DNA of 64,000 nt from Minisyncoccia bacterium (GCA_041742965.1 JBGTNQ010000010.1:38079-102078); one strand, 5' to 3'. Positions 51,692 to 62,178 are shown, counted from the first letter of the stretch. The notes: generated from the sequence alone by a model not told the origin. A program made the numbers and translations.

Positions 51692-54649
51692 CTATATTCT
51701 AAATATCTCCTTAAGGATACCATTTTTTATATTCATGGGCTCTGATGTAAATGCTGGTTCAAGTGCCTCTGGGCCCACTCTTTTCTCCACTTTTACATAA
51801 TACTCTCCATTGGGAACTAGGCAAAAATACCTTCCCAAGCTATCAGTGATGGTGTGTCGTATTTCTATATTGGTAGATGCTTGAAACACCTTAACCAAGG
51901 CAAATTTTAGAACATCACCACTCTTGTCAAACACCTTCCCATACCTTTGTGGTTTGGCTAAATGTCTGATTACAATAACAACTAAATATCCAAGTAGAAT
52001 TAAGAAGTTGTATGTATTCTGGTTTAGGTAAAATGATATACCAGACCAGATTGTTCCTAGGAATATTAATATACTTGTAAATCTTTGGATAAATAACTCG
52101 TGCCTTGAGAAGAACCTAGTGACACCAGTATCTCTTTTTTCTGCTTGGTTCCAGTCAAAACCCTGGCTATCCATAGGGATGTCTCTAGTAACTAGAGGCT
52201 TATCACCCTCTATCACTATGTTTCCACCGAAGTATAGGTTGTCATATATTAAATCTCTGGTTTTTCCAAATAGTCTTCTTGATGGAAATCCATAGTTTGT
52301 CTTCTCTACAGCTATTTGGTACACACCTGGAGGAGCAATAAATCCATATCTTCCATCTAGGTCTGTAATAGCAGATGATATTTCTTTACCATCCTGACTT
52401 AGGAGAGTAACCATTGCTGGGTCAAGTGGCTCTTTGGTGGAGCTATCGTAAATAGTTCCCCATGGATTTTTCCTTCTTCTAGAGCCCAAGAAAATACCCA
52501 AAGGATTAAGACCTCTTCTTGCGTTAAGTATGGATAATGCATTTGGAGTAGAAATAACTTGCAGGGCGGTTGCCATTCCACCGCCCAATAAAGCTATTGA
52601 AGAGATGTAGATAACCATCTCATCAATTGAAGGCGTTGATCCTCCAAACATTCCATCTGGTGGGTCTAATCGTGGATCGAATACGGGGACCAATGGTTCA
52701 TCTACTACAATTTCCTCTACCACGATTCCTTCTTCGATAGGTTCTTCTGGTTCAGGGACTGTTGGGGTTTCTTGTGTTGGTGTAACTTGAGCAATAATAA
52801 CTGGGGGTTGTGGTAATTCTACGGGTGGTGGTAATACGGGTGGAGGTGGGGGTGGCACAGACTCATCTTCTATTGGCGGTTGAATAGCTGGACCTTTTTG
52901 TCTTGCTCCACCACCAGAAGAACCCCCTTCTTCAGGGGCGGGGTTTACCGTTACAGATACGCTGTCTCCATCAGAGAATGCACCATTAACACAAGTTATT
53001 GTATAGAGAGTTGTTTCTGTGGGACTCAAATCTTCATCTCCTGATGTTGCTGTGGAGTCAGTCCAATCAGCGGAACACGAGAGAGTATCTGTGGATGTCC
53101 AACTAAGGTTGAAGCTTTCTCCAGCTGTAATTGTATCTGGAACAGCAGTTAATGTTACTGAAGGTTCTGGGTCTCCTTCAGATGCACCAAGAACCTGGGG
53201 ACCGCAAGCTTGAATACCTCCTTCCTCAAAGAAGCGCAATACAGGGTATGTCCCCTCCTGCTCAAGCCAAACCGTGTCAAAGTCCCAAGTGTCTAGGGGC
53301 GGGTTAGTTGTGTTGTTGAAAAAATAATTTGTATTAGGAACCCCGACTGTGTTTACGGCAGTACAGCCAATGTTTGAACCAGCACCTTCTAAACCGACAC
53401 ACAAGGCCTGAGATCCGCTTCGTATAAAATCATAAAACGAATTTGTTATTGTATTGTTGGCATATACATAACCCACAAGACCACCAATCTCTGCGCCAGC
53501 AGAAACAATCTCGGACGCAGAGAAACTGTTCTCTATTTCTGAAAGGAAAGAGGCATTTCCTAGTTCTCCAACAAGCCCACCGACCCAATTTGTACCAGAG
53601 ATAGTTCCTGTTGCATAGGAGTTTGAAATAATGACCCCTCTGGTTTCACCAACAAGTCCCCCCATTGTAATACCATTAGCAGAAGATGCGTTCCCAATGG
53701 AATATGAATTGTTTATACTTCCTCTGTCTAAATACCCAATTAAACCTCCAGAATATCCCCAATCGTCCGGTTCCGGTATAGAAGTTACTGCGCCAGAGGC
53801 AAAGCTTTCGGATACATAGTAATTTTCTGCTAAACCAGTGTCCCCTCTGAAATGTCCCACAAGGCCACCTGCATAATAATTTGCACTAACATCACCAGTA
53901 GCATAACTTCTCGTTATTGTGGATCTGCTAGAATAGCCAACCAAACCTCCAACCTCCACACCCCAATCAGCACTTATAATATTTCCAGAACTGCAAGAAT
54001 TGTTAATGGAAGAAGTATATATTCCGCCAACAAGACCTCCTGCGGGCCCTGTTTGGTTTGTAATGTTTCCTGTAGAAAAACTGTTCGTGATGGAGCCATT
54101 GGGTTCAATAGAACCAGCAATTCCACCGACATGCCCGCCATCTACGGTAATTGGCATATTACTAGAAACGTTTTCTATGGTAGTGCCTCCATCTGCCATA
54201 CCAACAAGAGATCCGGCAAAGTTTGTATTTGTGGCAGTAATGGAACCTCCATCAAAGTTTATGTCTTGAAATGCTGCCCCTAAAGTAATGGCAAAAAGAC
54301 CTAGGCCATCACAGGTGTCACATTCTATAAAAAGATCACTTATGGTGAAATTTTGCCCATTTAAACTTCCTGTGAAGACAAGTTCATTTGGGCCTCCTAT
54401 TGGTGCAAAACCCTCTCCCCCATTCCAATTGACCGTATCAGAACAATCAATGTTGTTCATTAGCATATAATCAGATGCTAGTGTCCAGCCGACATGGTCT
54501 CCAGCATTAGAACCAATTGCCTGCAAATCAGCACAGTCATATACTTCAAAATGACTACTAGAATTGATTAAAAAGGGTGGATAAAAAACTAAAGCCAGAA
54601 AAGTAAAAGACGCAAAATATGGAAAGCTTTTTATTAAAAAACGAGACAT
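51692..54649 (-). CDS. Large (985 aa) GLUG-repeat cell-surface protein with Pro-rich linker, TM segments and carboxypeptidase-regulatory-like domains
   Basis: Signal peptide. At least 10 GGLVG(Y/H/E) GLUG-type repeats. PPPPPVLPPPVELPQPPV linker. Two CarboxypepD_reg-like beta-sandwich segments (GTIYDSS...DLDGRYGF, ...TDSLGRYFCLV) interleaved with TM helices. Confidence 0.8.
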   Translation of the reverse strand: MSRFLIKSFPYFASFTFLALVFYPPFLINSSSHFEVYDCADLQAIGSNAGDHVGWTLASDYMLMNNIDCSDTVNWNGGEGFAPIGGPNELVFTGSLNGQNFTISDLFIECDTCDGLGLFAITLGAAFQDINFDGGSITATNTNFAGSLVGMADGGTTIENVSSNMPITVDGGHVGGIAGSIEPNGSITNSFSTGNITNQTGPAGGLVGGIYTSSINNSCSSGNIISADWGVEVGGLVGYSSRSTITRSYATGDVSANYYAGGLVGHFRGDTGLAENYYVSESFASGAVTSIPEPDDWGYSGGLIGYLDRGSINNSYSIGNASSANGITMGGLVGETRGVIISNSYATGTISGTNWVGGLVGELGNASFLSEIENSFSASEIVSAGAEIGGLVGYVYANNTITNSFYDFIRSGSQALCVGLEGAGSNIGCTAVNTVGVPNTNYFFNNTTNPPLDTWDFDTVWLEQEGTYPVLRFFEEGGIQACGPQVLGASEGDPEPSVTLTAVPDTITAGESFNLSWTSTDTLSCSADWTDSTATSGDEDLSPTETTLYTITCVNGAFSDGDSVSVTVNPAPEEGGSSGGGARQKGPAIQPPIEDESVPPPPPPVLPPPVELPQPPVIIAQVTPTQETPTVPEPEEPIEEGIVVEEIVVDEPLVPVFDPRLDPPDGMFGGSTPSIDEMVIYISSIALLGGGMATALQVISTPNALSILNARRGLNPLGIFLGSRRRKNPWGTIYDSSTKEPLDPAMVTLLSQDGKEISSAITDLDGRYGFIAPPGVYQIAVEKTNYGFPSRRLFGKTRDLIYDNLYFGGNIVIEGDKPLVTRDIPMDSQGFDWNQAEKRDTGVTRFFSRHELFIQRFTSILIFLGTIWSGISFYLNQNTYNFLILLGYLVVIVIRHLAKPQRYGKVFDKSGDVLKFALVKVFQASTNIEIRHTITDSLGRYFCLVPNGEYYVKVEKRVGPEALEPAFTSEPMNIKNGILKEIFRI

Positions 54650-54812
54650 CTATTTATTCAAATATTGTCTCTAAATACTAACATTTTTTTTCAGTCTAAA
54701 AGGCCCTCCCACCATTCAAATGTGTAGTGCATAAAGACAAACATAGGCAAATAAACTGGTGCGAGTATGAAAAAAAGTACTTTTTTAGGTGTCATATTAG
54801 GAGTGTTCCGTA

Positions 54813-55100
54813 TTAATTTTGATTTTTGTCTACCCAATCTTTCAAAAGCTCGAATCCTTCTTTTGTTATTTTCCAAATGATATCAATAAATATATCGTTC
54901 CATAAGAAAGAAGCGGGTAGTACTAAGAATTTTTCCCAAATCAGTACTGCAAATTTTTTTATATAAACTACAATCTCCCCAAAATCCGGTGATTTCAATA
55001 ATCCCACTATATCGAACTTAAAAACTACTTGAATGAGAATTAATGCTGTGATTATTGATATAATCGCCCCTATAAACCCCCTTTCTTTCTGTGTTTTCAT
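54813..55100 (-). CDS. Hypothetical small membrane protein (95 aa)
   Basis: One TM helix. Overlaps the out-of-frame 61-aa ORF 54691-54876, a possible frameshift or two tiny genes. Confidence 0.3.
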   Translation of the reverse strand: MKTQKERGFIGAIISIITALILIQVVFKFDIVGLLKSPDFGEIVVYIKKFAVLIWEKFLVLPASFLWNDIFIDIIWKITKEGFELLKDWVDKNQN

Positions 55101-55110
55101 TAGTTAAAGA

Positions 55111-56427
55111 CTAGTTAACTGGAGGTAAATATGCAAGTGGATCCAGATAAGCATTTAATCCGGCCATAGGGATGCTGACTTCCTTACAGAAATTACTTGA
55201 TGTATATCTTTGTACTTTAACCCCTTCCGAAGCAAAAAGACCGAGGTGAAGATGTGGTCCAGTTGAATATCCAGATCCAGGCATACCTGGTTGTCCGCCA
55301 GAGTATCCTATAACCTCTCCAGAAGCCACGGTTTGGCCCTGAGATACCTTTATACCAGAAAGATGAGCATACATGCTGGAAAGTCCATTACTGTGCTTTA
55401 TTAGTATCCATCTACCATAAGAATAGCAACCTCTTTGGTCGTCGGTATTACCGACGCCCTCAACTACACCGGCACCCACTGATTTTATTGCCGTTCCAAC
55501 GCTTGCTCTAAAATCTACTCCATTGTGTGTTCCCGAAACGTAAAGTCTTCCAGAGTCACTAGTTCTACCAAATGGTTGGGTCACAAATATGTTATCTAGT
55601 GGCCAAGCCAGCACACCAGGTTTTTGAGTTGGTAGCTTTGTTTTATCGATGTGGGCCTGTAGTTGTGATTCAAATTGAAACAATTCCAATTGGAATTGCC
55701 TTCCTCTCTCGAGGTTGTCTGCAAGTTGTTTTTTGTACTCAGCTTCCTGGTTTTTTGTTTGTGTTAAAAGGACTGCTTTTGCCTGTTTATTCTCTTCTAC
55801 AATTTCTTTCTGACTAGCGAGTTGGCTCTTAAAACCCAGGAGACTCTTTTTTGCCTGCTCACCTTCCGTTTTTTTCCCCTCAAGCTCTACCCTTAGGTCT
55901 GCCAATTCATTTGTCCGGTTTTTAACCACTATTTGAAACCTCCTGATTGTTTCTAAAGAATCCCATAACTCACTGATATTCTTATATTTCATCAACGATT
56001 CAATTAGAGATGTTTCCCCGTTTTGGTATAAAATTTTTATTGTTTCTCCTATAGCTTCCTTATTTTGTTCAATTTGTTTTTCTTTATTAGTCAGCTCTAT
56101 GGTTATTTTTTGGATAGATAGCTCTGTTCCGCCTATTCTATTTTCTGTAACCTTGAGGTCGTTTTGTAACTTTTTGCCGGTAGCATCAAGGGCGTTAACT
56201 GTTCCTTGGAGACTTTTGGCTTGCTTGTTTGTCTCTTGGATTTGGGCCTCAAGTTTTGCTTTTTCAGCATCCAGGGCTTCTTTTTCTTTTTGTTTTTTTA
56301 ATATTTCTTGTCTTAATTCTTCCAAACTCATCGTTTGAGCATAGGTGTGGATAGGAAAAACAAATCCGATAGACACAGCGCCAAGGAGAAGAGTTATCAA
56401 AATTAAAATAGTAGCTTTATTTATCAT
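55111..56427 (-). CDS. M23 family metallopeptidase with N-terminal coiled coil (EnvC-like murein hydrolase)
   Basis: Signal anchor, ~250-aa coiled coil, M23 motifs (HNGVDF, SMYAHLS, GPHLHLG). Confidence 0.85.
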   Translation of the reverse strand: MINKATILILITLLLGAVSIGFVFPIHTYAQTMSLEELRQEILKKQKEKEALDAEKAKLEAQIQETNKQAKSLQGTVNALDATGKKLQNDLKVTENRIGGTELSIQKITIELTNKEKQIEQNKEAIGETIKILYQNGETSLIESLMKYKNISELWDSLETIRRFQIVVKNRTNELADLRVELEGKKTEGEQAKKSLLGFKSQLASQKEIVEENKQAKAVLLTQTKNQEAEYKKQLADNLERGRQFQLELFQFESQLQAHIDKTKLPTQKPGVLAWPLDNIFVTQPFGRTSDSGRLYVSGTHNGVDFRASVGTAIKSVGAGVVEGVGNTDDQRGCYSYGRWILIKHSNGLSSMYAHLSGIKVSQGQTVASGEVIGYSGGQPGMPGSGYSTGPHLHLGLFASEGVKVQRYTSSNFCKEVSIPMAGLNAYLDPLAYLPPVN

Positions 56428-56431
56428 TTAA

Positions 56432-57790
56432 CTATGAATTCAAGATTTTTATCGCCGAGTCTATTCTATCTAATGTTTCCTTTTTGCCCAATAAACTTGC
56501 TAGCACAAAAGGATCTGGAGATTTTTCTTTTCCCGAAAAAGCGACTCTCAATGGCCAGAGGACAAAACCCCGCCCCACTTCTCCAGAATAATCCCATATG
56601 GATTGTTTTACATTTTCATTACTAAATTTCTTTTCATCAATTTCAGACAAAATATCTCTCGCCTTCTCTAGATGACGAATTATGGACTCCAAATCTTTCT
56701 CTTCTTTCCAGTATAGTAACTCTTTTGAATATCGAGGTTTGCTGTTGTCTAACATATAGTCTTTCCACCCCTCTTTTTCTATTAGTTCTTTTTGTTGACT
56801 GATAGTGCTGTATTGTCCACCAGAGATTTCTAATAAATTCATAATTCTGGCGATTTCCATCTTATTCAAGTTGTCCCCAATTACCTCTCTTATGGCTGTT
56901 TTCATATCTTTATTCAGCGAATCAGTAGAAAGTTTCTTTTTGTGTTCACTGTTTATCCATTTGAGTTTTTCTTCATCAAATATTGCGCCTCCTTTTTGTA
57001 TTTTCTCTAAACTGAATTCTTCCACCAGCTCTTCTGTGGTAAATATTTCTTTTTCTGTTCCAGGATTCCATCCGAGAAGAGCTAGATAATTTATTAATGC
57101 TTCTGGTAGATACCCTTTTTCTTTATATTCAATTACAGACACAGCCCCATGCCTTTTTGATAGTTTTGATCTGTCTGGAGCCAGTATCATTGGTATATGT
57201 GCATATAGTGGTTTCTTTGCACCTATTCCCTCCTGAATAAGTATCTGCCTTGGAGTATTTGATATGTGGTCTTCTCCTCGAATGACATGGGTTATATTCA
57301 TTTCATGGTCATCAATAACAACCGCCAAGTGGTAAAGTGGCTCTTCAGGGCTTCTAGCTATTACAAAATCTCCTAGTTCAGTGGTATCAAAAGACACTGT
57401 TCCACGGACAATATCTTCAAATATTATTTTTTTATTTGGATTTTTGAATCTAATTACCTCAGCTCTCTCACCTTCATTTTTTGGTTCTTCTTTTGATACA
57501 AAAGCGGAACCATTTTCAATCATCTTTTCTATATATTTTTTGTATATATCACTACGCTCTGATTGTCTGTGGTAGCCTCCTTCATTATAAGAAAGACCGA
57601 GCCAGTTGAAGCTCTCTTTTATATTTTCTTCATATTCTTTAGTACTTCTCTCTCTGTCCGTGTCTTCAATGCGGACAATAAAAGTTCCTCCGTGTTTTTT
57701 TGCAAAAAGAAAATTAAATAGAGCTGTGCGGGCTGTGCCGACATGTAAATTTCCTGTGGGTGATGGAGCAATGCGAACTATAGGTTTCAT
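56432..57790 (-). CDS. gltX: Glutamate--tRNA ligase
   Basis: Class I HVGTA (HIGH) and KLSKR (KMSKS) motifs. Confidence 0.9.
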   Translation of the reverse strand: MKPIVRIAPSPTGNLHVGTARTALFNFLFAKKHGGTFIVRIEDTDRERSTKEYEENIKESFNWLGLSYNEGGYHRQSERSDIYKKYIEKMIENGSAFVSKEEPKNEGERAEVIRFKNPNKKIIFEDIVRGTVSFDTTELGDFVIARSPEEPLYHLAVVIDDHEMNITHVIRGEDHISNTPRQILIQEGIGAKKPLYAHIPMILAPDRSKLSKRHGAVSVIEYKEKGYLPEALINYLALLGWNPGTEKEIFTTEELVEEFSLEKIQKGGAIFDEEKLKWINSEHKKKLSTDSLNKDMKTAIREVIGDNLNKMEIARIMNLLEISGGQYSTISQQKELIEKEGWKDYMLDNSKPRYSKELLYWKEEKDLESIIRHLEKARDILSEIDEKKFSNENVKQSIWDYSGEVGRGFVLWPLRVAFSGKEKSPDPFVLASLLGKKETLDRIDSAIKILNS

Positions 57791-57792
57791 AA

Positions 57793-58932
57793 TTATTTTG
57801 TCTCGTGCAATTCGTGTTTTAGGGCTATTTTTGTGATTTCCTCTGCGATTAATCTCGCTGCTTCAGGTTTTACGAATTCCTTCGTAGACTCTTTCATAGA
57901 GTTAAAAATTTCTTTGTCATTTATGATTCTTCTTATTTCAGCCAACAATATGTTTCCGGTCAAGTTTTCTTCTTGGATAACTATCGCGGAGCCTGTTCTG
58001 GCATAAGCAAATGCATTTTCTACTTGATGGTTCCCGTTTGAATCTTTGATTGGGATAATAATGGACGGTATACCCCAAGACGCTATTTCAAAAATAGATG
58101 AACCCGCTCTTGATATTATGAGACTCGATGCACCAGAAGCTGAACGCAGCATTAGATTATCTAAGTATTCGTACGGCCTATAACGATCTTTGTGTGTACT
58201 TTGAAAAAGAACTGTTTCCGCGATTTTTTTAATACCCTCTATATTATTTTTACCAGTCTGATGAATAACTTGGTAGTCTTCTAGGAGTTTTGGAAGAGCT
58301 TCCATTATCACTTCGTTAATTTTCTGAGAACCCTGTGATCCGCCGATAATCAAGATTGTCGGAATATTTGGATCAAGATTTAAATACTCATGAGCATTTG
58401 TAGTCAGTGGAACAGTTAGGTCTTTTCGTATTGGGTTTCCTGTATAGGCTACTCGCTCTTTTGAAAAATGTTTTGATGCATCTGGGTATGAGACAGCTAT
58501 TTTTTCTGCGAATTTTCCAGCCCACAGATTAACCCTACCGGGGACACTGTCGGATTCGTGTATGATTACTGGAATACGCAATACTCTAGCAGCAAAAATA
58601 GCCGGGAAGCTGGCGTACCCTCCTTTTCCAAAAACAACATCTGGATATATTTTGAATATCTCCCACAGTGATCTGATTATTCCCCAGCCCGTTTTGAATA
58701 AATCGAAAAAGTTTAATATGGAAAAATACCTCCTCATTTTTCCAGCCGAATTTTTCTTATATATAATTTTATGATTAAACAAAACCCCCGCATTGTATGG
58801 GGTTGGTGACATAAAATAAAGTTCTATATCAACAATCTTGTTTTCTCTAGCTATGGAGTGCAATTCTTCAGCGATAGCTATGATTGGATAAAAATGTCCT
58901 CCGGTAGCTCCTCCTGTAAGTAGTATTTTCAT
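57793..58932 (-). CDS. murG: Undecaprenyldiphospho-muramoylpentapeptide beta-N-acetylglucosaminyltransferase
   Basis: MKILLTGGATGGHFYPIIAIA N-terminus and GT28 C-domain. Confidence 0.9.
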   Translation of the reverse strand: MKILLTGGATGGHFYPIIAIAEELHSIARENKIVDIELYFMSPTPYNAGVLFNHKIIYKKNSAGKMRRYFSILNFFDLFKTGWGIIRSLWEIFKIYPDVVFGKGGYASFPAIFAARVLRIPVIIHESDSVPGRVNLWAGKFAEKIAVSYPDASKHFSKERVAYTGNPIRKDLTVPLTTNAHEYLNLDPNIPTILIIGGSQGSQKINEVIMEALPKLLEDYQVIHQTGKNNIEGIKKIAETVLFQSTHKDRYRPYEYLDNLMLRSASGASSLIISRAGSSIFEIASWGIPSIIIPIKDSNGNHQVENAFAYARTGSAIVIQEENLTGNILLAEIRRIINDKEIFNSMKESTKEFVKPEAARLIAEEITKIALKHELHETK

Positions 58933-58952
58933 TGTTTTTTGATTCCTTCAAT

Positions 58953-60053
58953 TCAAGGTCCCTTCTGATACCTTGAGACATTTAAAACTATTCCAGACAT
59001 TGCCAATGTTATGAAAAGCGCAGTTCCTCCATGACTTACGAATGGCAATGGGTTACCACTCAGAGGTAAAATACCAAGCATTGAAGCGATATTTAGAAAA
59101 GCCTGGGATGTTACCAGTATAACAATTCCAACCACCAATAGTCTACCGAAGGAATCTTCTATACGGACAGCTATTTTAAGGCCTCTAAATGCAAAAAACA
59201 CAAAAAGCAATATTAAAATAACACTACCCACAAAGCCAAATTCCTCGGCAGCCACAGCGAATATTGAGTCCCCTATTGGTTCTGGCAAGAAGTTAAACTT
59301 TTGAATACTTTGCCCAAACCCTCTTCCTGATACTCCGCCAGATCCTATGGCTATCAAGGATTGTTGAATTTGATATCCACTTGTCAGTGAATTTTCTTTT
59401 GGGTTTATGTAAGTAGCAATCCTATCTTTGATATAAGGATTCATATTGACAAAAATACCAACGGCAATAGCGCCGATTGTCACCAAAATTAAAAGATGTC
59501 GCCACTTACCTCCCGCAATCATGAACATTACGAGACCAGATGAGGCTATAAGTAAAAATGTGTCAGTATCTGGTTGATTTAAGACTACAACACCCACAAT
59601 TCCCGCCACGATCAGAAAAGGAACTAAACCATATTTTATTGTTCCTACCCTATCTTTCATTGAAGATAGGAGGGCGGCAAAATATATGATAAACCCCATT
59701 TTGAGAAACTCAGAAGGTTGAATAGAAAGACCAAATATATGGAGCCATCTTTTGGCTCCACCGTGTTCAAATCCAAGGCCGGGAACAAAAACTAATAATG
59801 TTGCGATAACAGAAATAATAAAAATATAAAACCCGTATTTCCTCCAGTTTTTATAATTAGTTCTACTAAAAAATAAAAGAGCCATACTACCTAAAAAAAT
59901 CCCAAGAAATAGCTGAGAAAAAGCCACATTAGTATAGCTGTCTCCGCCCTTCGCCAATAGACCAAGGGATGCAGAGCTGAATATAAAAAAACCGACAGTC
60001 ATCAGCGTCAAAACGCAAAACAAAAATGGCTTATCGATTTTCGCTTTCTTCAT
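58953..60053 (-). CDS. ftsW: SEDS-family peptidoglycan glycosyltransferase FtsW
   Basis: 10-TM SEDS protein between mraY and murG. Confidence 0.85.
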   Translation of the reverse strand: MKKAKIDKPFLFCVLTLMTVGFFIFSSASLGLLAKGGDSYTNVAFSQLFLGIFLGSMALLFFSRTNYKNWRKYGFYIFIISVIATLLVFVPGLGFEHGGAKRWLHIFGLSIQPSEFLKMGFIIYFAALLSSMKDRVGTIKYGLVPFLIVAGIVGVVVLNQPDTDTFLLIASSGLVMFMIAGGKWRHLLILVTIGAIAVGIFVNMNPYIKDRIATYINPKENSLTSGYQIQQSLIAIGSGGVSGRGFGQSIQKFNFLPEPIGDSIFAVAAEEFGFVGSVILILLFVFFAFRGLKIAVRIEDSFGRLLVVGIVILVTSQAFLNIASMLGILPLSGNPLPFVSHGGTALFITLAMSGIVLNVSRYQKGP

Positions 60054-60106
60054 TTACCATAGTATACCAATGAAATACCCTATTTAGATTGTGGGTAATA
60101 AGAGAG

Positions 60107-61177
60107 TTAACTTGCAAGGGCGAGTATGACACCTAAAATTGAAAATATAACTCCAAATATCCAGTATCTCATTGTGACTTTGTACGCCGGCCAACCAATC
60201 GCTTCAAAATGATGATGTAGTGGGGCTACAAGAAAGACCTTTTTTCCTCTCCATCTTTTCGAAGTAACTTGAATTATGTTTGAGAGCGTTGTGATTACTA
60301 GGGGTAAAGCAATGATTGGCAATACTAATAATCCATAACCGCCTCCCAAGCTATCAGTCATAAAAGCTATAACTGTAAGTGTAATTGTGAGGGCCATACT
60401 CCCCGTTTCTGTCATATAGAATCTGGCTGGCGGTATGTTGAACCACAGAAAGGCCAAGGTTCCACCAACTACCACCAAACAAAATGCGGCTAAATCAATT
60501 TGCTGTTGATAAAAAGCTATGCCCGCGTAAGCAGAAAACATAGAAGCAAATATACCACCAGATAATCCATCTATACCGTCTATAACTCCACCTGAATAAA
60601 CTGCCAACATTACCAGAGAAAAAAGTGGAATTATGAGCCATCCAATAGTAAGTTCCCCTCCTCCCGGTAAACCAATGCCGGTTATTCCTAGTTTGTTCCA
60701 AAACCAGATCCCACAAAGAAGACCTATGGTCATTACTATGGTCAATCTTTTTTTCAGAGACAATCCCCCAGAAAAATGCCCGCCAATTCCTTTGATTTCA
60801 AGATAATCATCTATAAGACCAACAAGGGCTCCTATAATTAAAGTCATAAGAGGTATCCATGTCTGATTTCTACTTAAGAAATCCAGTTTAATACTTAGGT
60901 CATTTGATAAAAATTGAGATATTCCCCATACAAGAAATATTGTTACGGTGGCCGACAGCCAAATTATAATTCCGCCCATGCGTGGAGTATTTACTTCCTT
61001 GTCTTTATGGAGAGAGTTAAAGATGGGCGTTGCGTTTCCTTGAGAATCGATCTTACCGGATTTTTTCTTCCACATCTGGTTTCGGTAAAGATAATTTGAA
61101 ATTCCTGGTGTTAGCAATATCCCTACTATGAAAGAAATTATTGCTGGGAAAAATATTTTTACTACATCTGCAACCAT
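60107..61177 (-). CDS. mraY: Phospho-N-acetylmuramoyl-pentapeptide transferase
   Basis: Polytopic. DDxxE-like GLIDDYLE and PLHHHFE motifs. Confidence 0.9.
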   Translation of the reverse strand: MVADVVKIFFPAIISFIVGILLTPGISNYLYRNQMWKKKSGKIDSQGNATPIFNSLHKDKEVNTPRMGGIIIWLSATVTIFLVWGISQFLSNDLSIKLDFLSRNQTWIPLMTLIIGALVGLIDDYLEIKGIGGHFSGGLSLKKRLTIVMTIGLLCGIWFWNKLGITGIGLPGGGELTIGWLIIPLFSLVMLAVYSGGVIDGIDGLSGGIFASMFSAYAGIAFYQQQIDLAAFCLVVVGGTLAFLWFNIPPARFYMTETGSMALTITLTVIAFMTDSLGGGYGLLVLPIIALPLVITTLSNIIQVTSKRWRGKKVFLVAPLHHHFEAIGWPAYKVTMRYWIFGVIFSILGVILALAS

Positions 61178-61214
61178 GGTTTTATTATAACAGTAAATGG
61201 AGTCTAATTATTAA

Positions 61215-62174
61215 TTAGTTTTGAGATATATGTTCTAGCGTTTTTTGTACCAAATTATCTACATCATTGAAACGACCTTTAAAACTAGAGCCTAAAACAA
61301 CAATGGCTATTGGTCGACCCAGACCTGGGTCAAAGACAACAGCCAGATTTCCACCAGCAAGTTCTGTGTAACCGGTTTTTGAAGCCAGTATTCCCGGAGT
61401 ATTATTTATATTTATATTAGTGTTTGTAGCATTATGTTCTATAAAACTGAGAGATGTTAAATAGAGGGAATCGTGTTTGGTCGCTGAAATGACCTCTGGG
61501 TGATTTTTGAGGGCATACGACATTAGTAAGGCGAAGTCTCTAGCTGAGGCGTATCCTCCACTAATCGATTTTGAAATATCGAGCCCCGTTTCATTATAGA
61601 AGCGAGATTGTTTTAATCCTATTTGTTGAGCTTTTTCATTCATTGCCTCAAGGAAATCTTCCCTACTTGTATTTGATGCTGACAAGCCTTGTCTTTTCGC
61701 CCCAGCCACTCCAGCAATCGCGGCCATTCCGTCATTTGAAGAAACCATAAGACTAAAGTCGATAAGGTCACTCAATTCCCAAACCTCATCCATGAAAAGT
61801 CCGCTATCACCTTCTTCCGCGAGGAATTCTGGTTTAATGGTGACGGTAGCCCCACTTGGAAGTAGCTCCACTGCCGTAATTGCGGAGAGTATTTTTGTAA
61901 GGGATGCTAGTGGTAACGCTGTGTCAATATTTTTTGCAAATAAAACTTCATTATTGAGAATATCAACGACGATAGCTGAATCAGCTTCTATATGTAGTTC
62001 ATCAAATGGGTTGTTTCTCACTTCTTCTGCTACTGGTCCGGGTTCATATACCCTTACCCCCTTAGAAAGGTAGATAGATATAATGGTAATTATAAGAAGT
62101 ACGACAGCCAGGAATATCCCGAGTCTAAGCAGTCTCTTATTATCTATATCCGTATCTTGATTGAATGTGTCCAT
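61215..62174 (-). CDS. dacA: Serine-type D-Ala-D-Ala carboxypeptidase (S11, PBP5/6-like)
   Basis: N-terminal TM. SLTK (SxxK), SSND (SxN), KTGYT (KTG). Confidence 0.8.
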   Translation of the reverse strand: MDTFNQDTDIDNKRLLRLGIFLAVVLLIITIISIYLSKGVRVYEPGPVAEEVRNNPFDELHIEADSAIVVDILNNEVLFAKNIDTALPLASLTKILSAITAVELLPSGATVTIKPEFLAEEGDSGLFMDEVWELSDLIDFSLMVSSNDGMAAIAGVAGAKRQGLSASNTSREDFLEAMNEKAQQIGLKQSRFYNETGLDISKSISGGYASARDFALLMSYALKNHPEVISATKHDSLYLTSLSFIEHNATNTNININNTPGILASKTGYTELAGGNLAVVFDPGLGRPIAIVVLGSSFKGRFNDVDNLVQKTLEHISQN

Positions 62175-62178
62175 TTTT

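Noticed and set aside
54691-54876. 61-aa ORF overlapping the 95-aa membrane ORF out of frame
   Set aside because: It may be real or a frameshift continuation. Evidence is insufficient to call either, so only the longer ORF is kept, at low confidence.
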